DNA from: an uncultured delta proteobacterium
GTDB lineage: Bacteria; Desulfobacterota; Binatia; UBA9968
DNA: 64,000 bases
Reading direction: 5' to 3'
NCBI GenBank assembly: GCA_963840855.1
Contig: CAWJBB010000080.1
Span: 24,322-88,321, forward strand
A program made the translations under genes and the position numbers. The notes beneath the pieces are model-generated. The model had not been told where the DNA came from. It saw nothing but the letters and a program-made list of their open reading frames with translations, and searched no databases. Below, piece after piece: positions 1 to 9,877 of this stretch (positions are counted from its first letter, which is position 1; each line of letters starts with the position of its first letter).

Positions 1-1309
1 AGATCGCGTCGCTGATCTGCTTCGGGTCGGCGCTCGACTCGACTGGGCGATTGTATAGAGTTCCCTGGATACCTTCGAGGGTGCCGGCGTGATAGGCGAT
101 TTTCTGGTCCGCGAATTTGAGCCCATGCGCCGTCGAAATTACCACGACGCGATCATGTCCACGAATCACCTTGCGCCCTACCATCTTGCGCAGTGCCGCC
201 AGCGCTACGCCGGTATGCGGGCAATTGAACATGCCGGTGCGGTCCGCTCTGGCCACTTCTTCGGCCAGCTCCAGTTCGGAAGCCTGCTCCACCACGCCGT
301 TAAAGCGCCGCAATGTCGCTATCGCCTTTTGAATGCTCACCGGATTGCCGATCTGAATCGCGCTGGCCAGGGTTCTGCGCGCAGTAATCGGCTCAAAGTG
401 CTCGAATTGTTTCAAGTAGGAAAGATAAAAGGGATTTGCGTTCTCCGCCTGGGCGACGCAGATGCGCGGCAGCTTGGAAATCAGACCCAGGTCGCGCAAC
501 ATCAAAAATCCCTTGCCTATGGCGCTGACGTTGCCGAGATTGCCGCCTGGCAGGATCACCCAATCCGGCACTTCCCAATCGAACTGCTGAACGATTTCTA
601 CGGCGATGGTTTTTTGTCCCTCGATGCGCAGGCTGTTCATCGAATTGGCTAAATAGATATGCTTGTGCCGTGTGACTTCTTGCACGGCGGCCATGCAACC
701 ATCGAAATCTGTGTCGAGGGACAACACTAACGCCCCGTTGGCGAGCGGTTGCACGAGCTGCGCCGGCGAAACCTTGTCGCGCGGTAAGAACACCACGGTG
801 GGAATCCCCGCCGCCGCGCCATACGAGGCGAGCGCCGCCGATGTGTCTCCCGTCGAGGCGCAAGCGACGGCATCGATGGGCTCGCCGTTGGCGATCATTT
901 GATTAACCACCGAGACCAACACAGTCATACCGAGGTCCTTAAAAGAGCCGGTGTGCGAATTGCCGCATTGTTTAACCCAGAGATCTTCCAGGTGAAGCTG
1001 CTTGCCGTAACGGTTCGCCCAGAACAGATTGGTGTTGCCCTCGCACATGGAGACGATGTTGGCGTCGTCGATAAAAGGAACGACCCATTCCTTCTTCGCC
1101 CAGACCCCGGATCCATACGGGTACACGTTCTGGCCCAAGCGATCATCGAACAGCTTGATCCAAGCCGCCGCGGCCCTGGCCGCCAGTGCATCCATATCGT
1201 GACGCACCTCGAGCAGGCCGGCGCATTTCGGACACCGATAGATAATCTCCAAGAGGCTATATTGCCCTGGACAATCGTTTATGCACTGAAACCATGCGTT
1301 ATAACTCAT
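1..1309 (-). CDS. thrC: Threonine synthase, plant-like type; 3' end runs off the window
   Basis: Not in the ORF track because there is no stop inside the window. Manual translation from the ATG at 1309 gives [13 protein letters not shown]...[21 protein letters not shown]...[11 protein letters not shown]...[11 protein letters not shown], which contains the PLP-lysine motif (SFKD) and other threonine synthase motifs. Confidence 0.95.
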   Translation of the reverse strand, partial: MSYNAWFQCINDCPGQYSLLEIIYRCPKCAGLLEVRHDMDALAARAAAAWIKLFDDRLGQNVYPYGSGVWAKKEWVVPFIDDANIVSMCEGNTNLFWANRYGKQLHLEDLWVKQCGNSHTGSFKDLGMTVLVSVVNQMIANGEPIDAVACASTGDTSAALASYGAAAGIPTVVFLPRDKVSPAQLVQPLANGALVLSLDTDFDGCMAAVQEVTRHKHIYLANSMNSLRIEGQKTIAVEIVQQFDWEVPDWVILPGGNLGNVSAIGKGFLMLRDLGLISKLPRICVAQAENANPFYLSYLKQFEHFEPITARRTLASAIQIGNPVSIQKAIATLRRFNGVVEQASELELAEEVARADRTGMFNCPHTGVALAALRKMVGRKVIRGHDRVVVISTAHGLKFADQKIAYHAGTLEGIQGTLYNRPVESSADPKQISDAI

Positions 1310-2186
1310 GACTCAAAACTTTCTCCGCCTCCGGAGCAAGGCTGCGAACCATAGTTTTTCCGTTGCCTCAGATCCAGTTGTTCGAGTCCGTCACTGCTGC
1401 TCCTATCTTGCCTACGTTGGCAGTTTTTTTTCAAATGGTTTCTTAGGAGACGCTTTGTTTGCTTGGTTTCTTGCGCATGAATGAGCGAAAACGATGGCTA
1501 CAGCCACCGCGGCCGGTACTAATCCACTCAGCCGTAATCCAAACGGTGAAGCTCTTCCCCAACACCCGTGTCTCTTTTTCCCTTCAGGTTACCCATACTG
1601 AGCTAATCACCGACGCTGGTGGAGATCAACTTCAAATTCAGATTTCGTGAAGAGGCCGCCGTCTGTTCAAATTTTTTGGCGCACAGCTACTCGGTGTCTG
1701 TAGTAGCGAATAACTCAATAATTTTCAGCACTGTTGATTCGACTGGCCGGTGGATTGGAATGCCTTCCTGTGCGAACTTACGAATTGACGAGCGCTCCGA
1801 CGAAATCATCTGGCACTACAAAGCAAAGAATGTAGACAATTTGGTACGTATTTTGCCTTAAGAGCAGAAGCAAATCAAAATCCTAATCCAACAGCCGTGA
1901 ATATTCATCGATTATTCAGCGCCTGGCGGGTGGATTCGCGTGTGACGACAACCTAGCTCGTTTGATTGTGCGATTGCGGCATTACTCGCATACCTAGTAG
2001 CGTTCTAAAATTTTCTTGCAGTGCAGGCAACTCGGAACGAGCTTTATTGTCTATCGCACTCGCAATCGGTCATAAAGCTGCGCCTAACTGATAAGGAGCG
2101 GCCATCGAAGGACGGCCCGAGCGCGATCGAGCGCTATTCATATCGGCGACCAGCGCGGGACCGTCACCAGGGTGGAGGAGAGATTA

Positions 2187-3894
2187 ATGACTCGGAGCCT
2201 GAACGTGAGTCTATGCCCTTTCGTGATTCTTGTTGCTCTTGTGGGATTAGCAAGTGGGCTGAGCGAAGCCGTGGCCGCCGATATCACGTTGTCATGGACT
2301 GACAACTCCAACAACGAAAGCGGGTTTTTGATCCAGCGGAAAACCGGAACCAGCGGAACATTCGCCCAGATCGCCACCGTAGGGACAAACGTTAGATCCT
2401 ATGTTGATAGCGGGCTTGCGGCGGCGACCACTTTCTGCTACCGGGTACGCGCGTTTAACTCAGCCGGCAATTCGGCATTCACACCTGAAGGATGCAAGAC
2501 TACGCCTGGCGGCACGCCGCCGGCCGGCGCCAGTACGGTTTTTCTCGAGGCGGAAAAGGGCATCCTGTAAGCACTCCCCGATGGTAATCCGATCACTGAT
2601 AGTAAGGCATTCTAATGGAAAGTTCGTGGAAGTGACCGACAGGAAATGGCTAATAACTATAATGACGCCACCAGAGCCGACGGCCCTCGGAGAGGCTAAG
2701 GATTTACGGTCAGTATTTCCCAAGCAGGAACCCGCGCCCTGTCGGGCTCGGACCGATTGCGTCAAGCAACAGCGATTCTTTCTACGTCACCAGAAACGGC
2801 GACACTCGTCAAACAATGGTCGGTGCCCCCAAGCACTACTTGCGACAATGGAACAAGATTGCAAATTTATCGCTCGCGAGCAGGTAATGTCAATCTTGCG
2901 TTTCAGACAACGATGAAGATGGCGACGAAGCTGTGATCAGAGTTATTGCTGCACGCAGTGATCGTCGGTTTTATTCCAGGCCAATCCGCCCCGGCCTTGG
3001 CGACTCTCGCAATCGCTGAAAGCTACGATTTATCGATCAGCGTCGTAAAGACTCTTACGAAAAGTGGATCAGGGAACGGTACGGTAACCACCTCGCCTGG
3101 TGGCATCACTTGCGACAGCAACTGTGCTGCGCGCCTATAGTGCCGGTACCGTTCATTAAATTGATCGCCACCCCGGCAGCCGGTTCGGTCTTTGCCGGCT
3201 GGAGCGGCAATGCCGCTTGCAACAACGGCGCAGTCACCATGAACGCCGACATCGCTTGCACCGCAACTTTCAGTCCGCAAACTCTTGGCCTTAACGTGAT
3301 CAAATCGGGAAATGGGAACGGCACGTGTAATATCCAGTCCGTCCGGGATCACTTGCGGCAGCGATTGCTCCGAGTCTTACGCTAGCGGCGCATCCAGTCA
3401 AGCTGACTGCGACCGCATGCCTCTGGTTCCGTCTTTAGAGGTTGGAGTGGCGGTGAATGCGAGCCAACGGCAATCAACTTGTACGGAGGTTGTAAATGGC
3501 AGCACTCGATACTTGCTTCTCGAAGTTTGGCACCGCTAGCGACCTAGCGGTGGTTGGCGACTGGGACGGCGCCGGAACCGGTAAAATAGGTGTTTTTGAC
3601 GCGAGTAAGGGCACTTGGCTGATAGATTATAACGGCAATGGAATATGGGACGGCTGTAACATAGACAAATGTATTTCAAATTTTGGTCAATCAAATGATC
3701 TTCCGGTTGCGGGTAACTGGGACGGCACAGGAAGGGCAGGGATAGGCATATTTCGTCCGAGCACCGGTGAATGGTTCTTGGATAGAAACGCTAATGGACG
3801 ATTGGACGGTTGCGCGGTCGATACCTGCATCAACTCCTTTGGCCTAGACGGAGACTTTCCCGTGGTCGGAAAGTGGGGACTAGCTTTAGATTAG
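2187..3894 (+). pseudogene. Secreted multidomain protein (signal peptide, fibronectin type III, beta-sandwich, InlB B-type repeats, C-terminal GDWDG/FG-GAP-like repeats) broken by many frameshifts; decay or sequencing error
   Basis: RBS GGAGGAG at 2174-2180, ATG at 2187. FN3 motif LSWTDNSNNESGF...YRVRAFNSAGNS. InlB-like repeats (GSGNGTVTTSPGGITCDSNC; LIATPAAGSVFAGWSG) are spread over three frames. The intact tail 3496-3894 has VGDWDG/AGNWDG repeats. Confidence 0.8.
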
Positions 3895-4328
3895 ACTGAT
3901 TTGCCGCTAATTCACCCGCCCGTGCGGCCACCGCGCGTTGTCCTTGAAATTTTTTTCCTTTCGGTTTCGGAACATATTTTCTCACCCCCAGCTCTCGACC
4001 AACTTCGCTGAACTTGTAAGACCGGTTTTTAGATGAATCTCATCATGTGCGACAGCTCCGTATTCCGCCAAGAGCTAGACGCAACCCTTCCGTAAGCGAA
4101 TTCAATCGGACCCTGCCTCAGCGACATCGATCACGGTTTGTCGCAGAGATTTATTTTTCCAACAATGAGGTCCGAAACATCTAAACGACTTTCACTTTCA
4201 GAGTTACGTGCCTTCTACTCGGCTTCGTTAAACTTGGTCACACCGGTTCTCAGGATGGATGAAACTGGACATTTCAACTCCCTTCAAGTATGGGGAGGTG
4301 AATAGAACGAGAGCGGAAAGGAGCGGAC

Positions 4329-5270
4329 ATGGGCACGACACTGATAACGGGTTTAGGTTTGGTCGGCACTTCTTACGCGCAAAACGCGCTCAAGCGCGGC
4401 GAGAAGGTGGTTTTTTACGACGTCGCGCCGCGAAAAGATTTTCTTGCGCACAAACTGGGCGGCGCCGATGTTACCGTCGTGCAGCGGGATATCCGTGATT
4501 TGCCGTCGCTGATTGAAACGATTCAGAAATACAAGTGCGACACGGTCCTTCACACCGCCGGTCTGATCGGCGGCAAAGTCGCGCAACCCGTTTATACCGG
4601 CCTGCAAATCAACGTTATGGGCACGATCAACGTCGCCGAAGCGGTGCGCCTCACCGGCGTCAAACGTCTCGTGCAGATCAGCACCTTCGGCATCTATGAC
4701 CGGCGCCAAGGCGAACCCCACCCGATTGACGAAGATTTTCGCCGCGGACCGGGCGAGCCCTATGGTAACTCGAAGGTGGCCAAGGAGTTGATGGTGGAGG
4801 CGTATCAGCGCATGTTTGGCTTCGAGTTGATAGTGTTACGCCTAGCCAACGTTTACGGCGTCGGTCACTTCGCCGGCGGCTCCGGCGGCGGCGAGATGGT
4901 GCAAAACATGCTTCAGACGGGCATCAAAGGCGGCGTGGTGAAAATCGCCCAGGAAGTGGCCCGCGATTTTGAATACGTTTATTACAAAGACCTGGGCCGC
5001 GCCCTCGACAAGGCGGCTACGACTCCGCTCAAAGAGCCCGTGACACTTAATATCGGAACCGGCGTCGTTATTCCATTCGATGACCTCGTCGCCACCGCGG
5101 AAAAGCTACTGCCGAAACTGCAAGTCGAAATCATTCCAGGAACCAAGCCGCGCTCGGCGAAGCAGCCGATGGTCATCAAGAAAGCCAAAGAAGTACTCGG
5201 CTGGCAGCCGGATTTCGCCATCGAGGCGGGTTTCAAGGATTATATCGAGGAACTAAAAGCGCTCGGATAA
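4329..5270 (+). CDS. NAD-dependent epimerase/dehydratase (extended SDR)
   Basis: N-terminal TGLGLVG dinucleotide motif, YGNSK (YxxxK), LRLANVYG; RBS AGGAG upstream. Confidence 0.9.
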   Translation: MGTTLITGLGLVGTSYAQNALKRGEKVVFYDVAPRKDFLAHKLGGADVTVVQRDIRDLPSLIETIQKYKCDTVLHTAGLIGGKVAQPVYTGLQINVMGTINVAEAVRLTGVKRLVQISTFGIYDRRQGEPHPIDEDFRRGPGEPYGNSKVAKELMVEAYQRMFGFELIVLRLANVYGVGHFAGGSGGGEMVQNMLQTGIKGGVVKIAQEVARDFEYVYYKDLGRALDKAATTPLKEPVTLNIGTGVVIPFDDLVATAEKLLPKLQVEIIPGTKPRSAKQPMVIKKAKEVLGWQPDFAIEAGFKDYIEELKALG

Positions 5271-5301
5271 ATTAACCGGACAGAGCGCGGCAACGGCGGA
5301 A

Positions 5302-7773
5302 TCAAAATCTGATTACGCCTTTCCTCTCACTTTTGTACCCTCGATAACGAATGCTAGCGCCGTCGGATTCGACGATGATCGCGCCGTCACGGTCCGTGCG
5401 CAATACAATAGCGCCACCGGCGCTATAGCGCTCGCTCACTTCGTCGCGCTGGCCTTCCAAGCGGCCGCGCGCGCCGGCGGAGATTATCGCCAGTCTGGGC
5501 CGTAGCGCTGCGACAAATTCCGAGCTGCTCGCGCTTGCGCTGCCGTGGCGCGGGACCTTCAGCACGCCGCCCGGCGGCAATACCTTACTCTGCAATAAGA
5601 TCGCTTCTTGGCGTTTATCGATATCGCCGGCAAATAGATAGCGCAGCTTGCCATGTTCCAAGAGAAGCACTACGGAACCATCGTCGCCATTGCCGGCTGG
5701 CGCAGACACAACGCAGAATGATATTGTGTCAATGGCGCGGCACGGCTCGCCCGCTGTGAGCGATCGCCGTGGAATTTTCGCCTGTGCCAGCGCCTCCTCC
5801 AAATCCTCAAAACGCCCGGCTTTCCCGCGCCCGTCTCCGGACCAGAACTCGGTGGGCGAAAACTCCGCGGCGATGGCGCGCATGCCGCCATAGTGGTCGA
5901 TGCGCGGATGTGTAACTGCCAGATAATCAACCTTGAGAATTTTCCGGGCGCGCAAGAATGGCGCGACAATGGACTCGCCGGGGTCGAAGTCGCCGAACGC
6001 CGTACCACCGGCATCAAGCAACAAAACCTTCGAACCGGGCAACTCCACCACCGCGGCATCACCCTGGCCAACGTTGAGATGCGTGACGCGCAAATTGGCG
6101 CGCCGCCAGCGCTCTTGCCACCAATAGTAGCCATCCGCGCAAAGCCCGGTTACGACCAGGACCATAGCGGCGAATACGTAGCGATTGCGCTTGAGCGTGA
6201 AGAGCAGAAGGATTAGCGAGTACAGCCCGATGACTTCCCAGGCATTGGGCGCGGGCACACCGATATTGGCGAAGGGCAGTCTGGCGAGCCAATCCACCAA
6301 CCAAAGGGTCAACGTGAGTAATTTATCCGTGAGCCAAACGAGAGACGGCGCCGCTTGCGGCGCGACCACCGCCAAAAAACCAACCAGCAAGCCGATGGGC
6401 ACGACGATAAACCCTATCAGTGGGACGATCAGCGGATTTGCCACGAAGCCAGCGAGGGAAAGATGACCGAAGTAGTGCGCTATCAAGGGGCCAGTGCCGA
6501 GGGTGGCGAGCAGCGGCACCATAAAATGCGGCGCGGCCTGGCGCAACTTCTCCCGCAGCCATCTTCTCTCCTGCGGCAATTCATCGCGTCTTTTCGGCGC
6601 CCGCCGCGCTTGCATTTTGCGCACGCCCCAGACGATGAACAAGACAGCCAAAAACGAAAGTTGAAACGAGATGTCCGCGACGACTCCTGGCCAAACCAGC
6701 GCGATCAGAAGCGCCGCCAGCGCGAGACTCGTGAATACTTCCTCTTCCCGGTCGAGCAGCACCGCCAGTTGGTAGACGCCGATCATGATCGCCGACCGCA
6801 CAGTTGGCACCATTGCGCCGGCCAGCGCCGTGTAGAAGATGACAGCGAGGAAAGAAAAGAAAGCGGCCACTTTTAGTAGGTTCCACCGCAGCAAACAATA
6901 CGTGCTCCAGGCGCAGCCAAAGCGGATCAGCGCGAAGACCACCAAGCCCAACATCGCGACGTGCAACCCCGAGATCGACAGCACATGGTTCACACCGGCG
7001 GCTGTGAAGGCACCGCGCGTCTCTTTGCTGATTTCACCCATGTCGCCGATGACCAGGGCCTTGAGCAGAGCGCCGTGAGAGGCAGAGAAGTTTTCCTGGA
7101 TATGGCGGCGAATCGCCCTGCGTAAATCCTCAATGGAACCGCGCAACGCGCCCGATTCGCGCTGCACTAGCTCGACTTCTTGATCGTTGTCAAGAAACCC
7201 GGAAGCGTAAATCTCGCGCCGCGCCAAATAGTTCGCGTAATTGAAGCCGCCGGGATTGCCGCTATCACGGGGCACCACCGGCCGCACCTTAAAGCGCACC
7301 CGGTCGCCGTAGCGCCACTCGCGCCGCGCGGTTCGTATGTTGACGATCAAGTTGCCGCTGATCTCCTCGGCACCGGTGGGATGCCAGATACTTTGCGTCC
7401 GGATAATCCAGCGGCTTCGGTTCGGTAGCTTTTCGGGCTCTTGCAGTAAAGAGCCTTCAACGTAAAGCAGCTCAGCCCGGTTCATCGCCGCGCGCAAATG
7501 ATTCGGCGGGAATACCGGCTCCAGTAGCGCCCGGTGCCTGACAAGACCTACGCTAAAGGCAAGCGCGCCAAGAAACAGCACCATGCCCCAGCGCCGTGTC
7601 TTGGCCGTCAAGCAAAGAAACAACGGCACGATGGCAAGAAATGCCGCGCCGAAGGAAACAGCAGGAGCAAACGGTGCCGTTGCCTGGCCGATTAGAAGCA
7701 GGGCTGTCGGCACGACGAGCCACACTGACGGATGATGAATCAATGAATTAGCAGGCTGCTGAACAAGCCCCAT
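5302..7773 (-). CDS. comEC: DNA internalization competence protein ComEC/Rec2
   Basis: OB-like domain with NPGGFNY, competence domain HVLSISGLH and SFQLSF, C-terminal metallo-beta-lactamase domain (NVGQGD, THPRIDHYGG). Confidence 0.95.
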   Translation of the reverse strand: MGLVQQPANSLIHHPSVWLVVPTALLLIGQATAPFAPAVSFGAAFLAIVPLFLCLTAKTRRWGMVLFLGALAFSVGLVRHRALLEPVFPPNHLRAAMNRAELLYVEGSLLQEPEKLPNRSRWIIRTQSIWHPTGAEEISGNLIVNIRTARREWRYGDRVRFKVRPVVPRDSGNPGGFNYANYLARREIYASGFLDNDQEVELVQRESGALRGSIEDLRRAIRRHIQENFSASHGALLKALVIGDMGEISKETRGAFTAAGVNHVLSISGLHVAMLGLVVFALIRFGCAWSTYCLLRWNLLKVAAFFSFLAVIFYTALAGAMVPTVRSAIMIGVYQLAVLLDREEEVFTSLALAALLIALVWPGVVADISFQLSFLAVLFIVWGVRKMQARRAPKRRDELPQERRWLREKLRQAAPHFMVPLLATLGTGPLIAHYFGHLSLAGFVANPLIVPLIGFIVVPIGLLVGFLAVVAPQAAPSLVWLTDKLLTLTLWLVDWLARLPFANIGVPAPNAWEVIGLYSLILLLFTLKRNRYVFAAMVLVVTGLCADGYYWWQERWRRANLRVTHLNVGQGDAAVVELPGSKVLLLDAGGTAFGDFDPGESIVAPFLRARKILKVDYLAVTHPRIDHYGGMRAIAAEFSPTEFWSGDGRGKAGRFEDLEEALAQAKIPRRSLTAGEPCRAIDTISFCVVSAPAGNGDDGSVVLLLEHGKLRYLFAGDIDKRQEAILLQSKVLPPGGVLKVPRHGSASASSSEFVAALRPRLAIISAGARGRLEGQRDEVSERYSAGGAIVLRTDRDGAIIVESDGASIRYRGYKSERKGVIRF

Positions 7774-7900
7774 GGACGTGTTGCTGTCTCAATACCCTTT
7801 GACGTACGCCTTGCCTGTGAGAACTTTTTGACCCGCCCGCGCAGGTTTTCAGCGATCTGTCAATATTCTCGGGTTTCTGTGGCGGCGCCACCATGGGCGT

Positions 7901-9748
7901 TCACTGCGACGCCGCTCGCAAGCCATCGAGAATTTCCCGGGCCAACTTTTCGTTGATGGAGGGAACGTTGAGCAGATCTTCCAAGGTTGCCGATTCGATT
8001 CTTTTGATGCTGCCGAAGGCGCGCAGGAGCGCGCGCTTGCGCGTGCCGCCGATTCCCGGTATGCGGTCCAGGGCGGAGAAAAGGGTCTGGCGCGAACGCA
8101 GCTTTCGGTGGTGCGTGATCGCGAAGCGGTGCGCTTCGTCGCGCACCCGCTGGAGCAGGAAAAGCGCGTTGGAGTTGCGCTTCAAAATCACCGGATTGCT
8201 CTGGCCCGGCAGAAAAATCCGTTCTTCGGAACGCTCGATTTCAGCGCTCCGTGGCGCCGCCTGCACGCGCATCTTGGCCAGCCCTACTACGTCCACCCCA
8301 GTAACGCCGACTTCGGCCATCGCCGCCAGGGCCATGGACAGCTGACCTCTGCCGCCGTCGACGACGATCAAGTCCGGTAAAGCCGCCTCCTCTTTGCCGC
8401 GAGCGAAGCGGCGCTTCAGAACTTCGAGCATCATGCCGAAATCGTCGCCGCCGGAGGCCGGGTCGATGGTGCGAATCCGGTAGTGCCGGTAATACGCCTT
8501 GTCGGGCTCACCGTTGATGAAGGTAACCTGGGAGCCCACGGCGTGGGCGCCGTGGATCATCGAGATGTCAAAGCACTCGATGCGGCAGGGATACTGTTTG
8601 AGGCGCAAGTGCGCCTGCAGGTCGCTGAGCATCTTCTCGCGCGCTTTTTCTTGATCATGCCGTTCGGAGAAGCTCTGGCGAGCGTTCTCGATCGCCATCT
8701 CCACGAGCTGGCGCTTATCACCGCGCTGGGGAGACAAGACGCTGATGCTTTTGCCCTTGCGCTCGCCGAGATACTCTTCGCGCGCTTCGCCGTCGTCTAA
8801 CGAGACCGGCAATAGAATTTCGTCTGGGATAAACCGGTGGCCTTGGTAGAACTGGGTTAGCAACGAGCCCATGATTTCTTCGTCAGGAAACTCGAGGTCC
8901 TGAAGCGAATAGGACTGGTTGCCCGTCAATTTTCCCTGCCGGACAAACAGCACCTGGACTTCGATGAAACCGCCTTCGCGGTAAAGGCCGAAAACATCTT
9001 GATCTACGCCCCAGTGGGACACCATGCGCTGCTTCTCAAGGGTTTTTTCCACCGCCTGAACCTGGTCGCGAAGCCGGGCCGCGGCTTCGAACTCCAGCGA
9101 CTCGGATTTTTCCTGCATCCGTTGCTTCAGCTCGCGGATCAGCTCCTGATGGCGGCCTTCGATAAACAACATCGCCTGGCGCACCTGCTCGCGATAGACG
9201 TCCGCGGCTACAGGCATAACGCAGGGCGCCATGCAGCGCTTGATCTGGTACTGCAGGCAGGGCCGGCTGCGGTTATTGAAATTGTGGTCCGTGCAGTTGC
9301 GCAGCAGAAAGTGCTTCTCGATGATGTCGATGGTTTCCCTGGCGGCCAGCGCCGAGGCAAACGGGCCGAAGTAGCGGTTGCCGTCCTTGATGATCTTGCG
9401 CGTTGCAAGAATTCTCGGCCAGGGATGCTGCGTGGTGACTTTGATGCTCAGATAGCTCTTGTCGTCTTTGAGCCGGATGTTGTAGCGCGGCTTGTATTGC
9501 TTGATTAAATTATTTTCGAGGATCAGGGCTTCCTTGTCGTTGCTAGTGACCAGCGTTTCGAAATCTTCGATGCGCCGCAGCAAAAATTCGATCTGAAAGC
9601 GTTCATCGGAGCGGTTGAAATAAGCGCGCACGCGGGCGCGCAGGTCCTTCGCCTTGCCGACGTAGATGACCTTGCCGTTCTTGTCCCGCATCAAATAAAC
9701 GCCGGGACGGGAGGGAAGGTTAATGAGTTTTTCGGCTATCTCAGTCAT
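7901..9748 (-). CDS. uvrC: Excinuclease ABC subunit C
   Basis: GIY-YIG domain (PGVYLM...IYVGKAKDL), RIECFDIS, DGGRGQ, RDEAHRFAI, C-terminal HhH. Confidence 0.98.
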   Translation of the reverse strand: MTEIAEKLINLPSRPGVYLMRDKNGKVIYVGKAKDLRARVRAYFNRSDERFQIEFLLRRIEDFETLVTSNDKEALILENNLIKQYKPRYNIRLKDDKSYLSIKVTTQHPWPRILATRKIIKDGNRYFGPFASALAARETIDIIEKHFLLRNCTDHNFNNRSRPCLQYQIKRCMAPCVMPVAADVYREQVRQAMLFIEGRHQELIRELKQRMQEKSESLEFEAAARLRDQVQAVEKTLEKQRMVSHWGVDQDVFGLYREGGFIEVQVLFVRQGKLTGNQSYSLQDLEFPDEEIMGSLLTQFYQGHRFIPDEILLPVSLDDGEAREEYLGERKGKSISVLSPQRGDKRQLVEMAIENARQSFSERHDQEKAREKMLSDLQAHLRLKQYPCRIECFDISMIHGAHAVGSQVTFINGEPDKAYYRHYRIRTIDPASGGDDFGMMLEVLKRRFARGKEEAALPDLIVVDGGRGQLSMALAAMAEVGVTGVDVVGLAKMRVQAAPRSAEIERSEERIFLPGQSNPVILKRNSNALFLLQRVRDEAHRFAITHHRKLRSRQTLFSALDRIPGIGGTRKRALLRAFGSIKRIESATLEDLLNVPSINEKLAREILDGLRAASQ

Positions 9749-9786
9749 CAGAACATTCTAGCAGCTTGGATGATCTATAAGCTTAG

Positions 9787-9872
9787 GGTTCAACGTTCAA
9801 AGTTCAAGGTTCAAGGTATGAAGAATCACGTTCAATCCCCCACGTTGAACTTTGAACCTTGAACATTGAACC
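9787..9872. repeat. Inverted array of tandem heptamers: (GTTCAAN)x4 ... (TTGAACN)x4
   Basis: Left arm 9787-9814 and right arm 9845-9872 are reverse complements that differ only at the variable 7th position. Located between uvrB and uvrC. Confidence 0.9.
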
Positions 9873-9877
9873 GCCTC

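Noticed and set aside
89-1354. Plus-strand ORFs 89-652 and 899-1354
   Set aside because: Antisense shadows of thrC with no recognisable motifs.
1400-2150. Short ORFs (1459, 1619, 2021) and a possible riboswitch upstream of the FN3 gene
   Set aside because: No family motifs, weak starts, and no riboswitch consensus that I could recognise. An Rfam scan would settle it.
9787-9872. GTTC/GAAC repeats before uvrC as a LexA box or mini-CRISPR
   Set aside because: The period is 7 nt, not GTTC-N7-GTTC. The same units occur at non-SOS loci. There are no unique spacers or cas genes.
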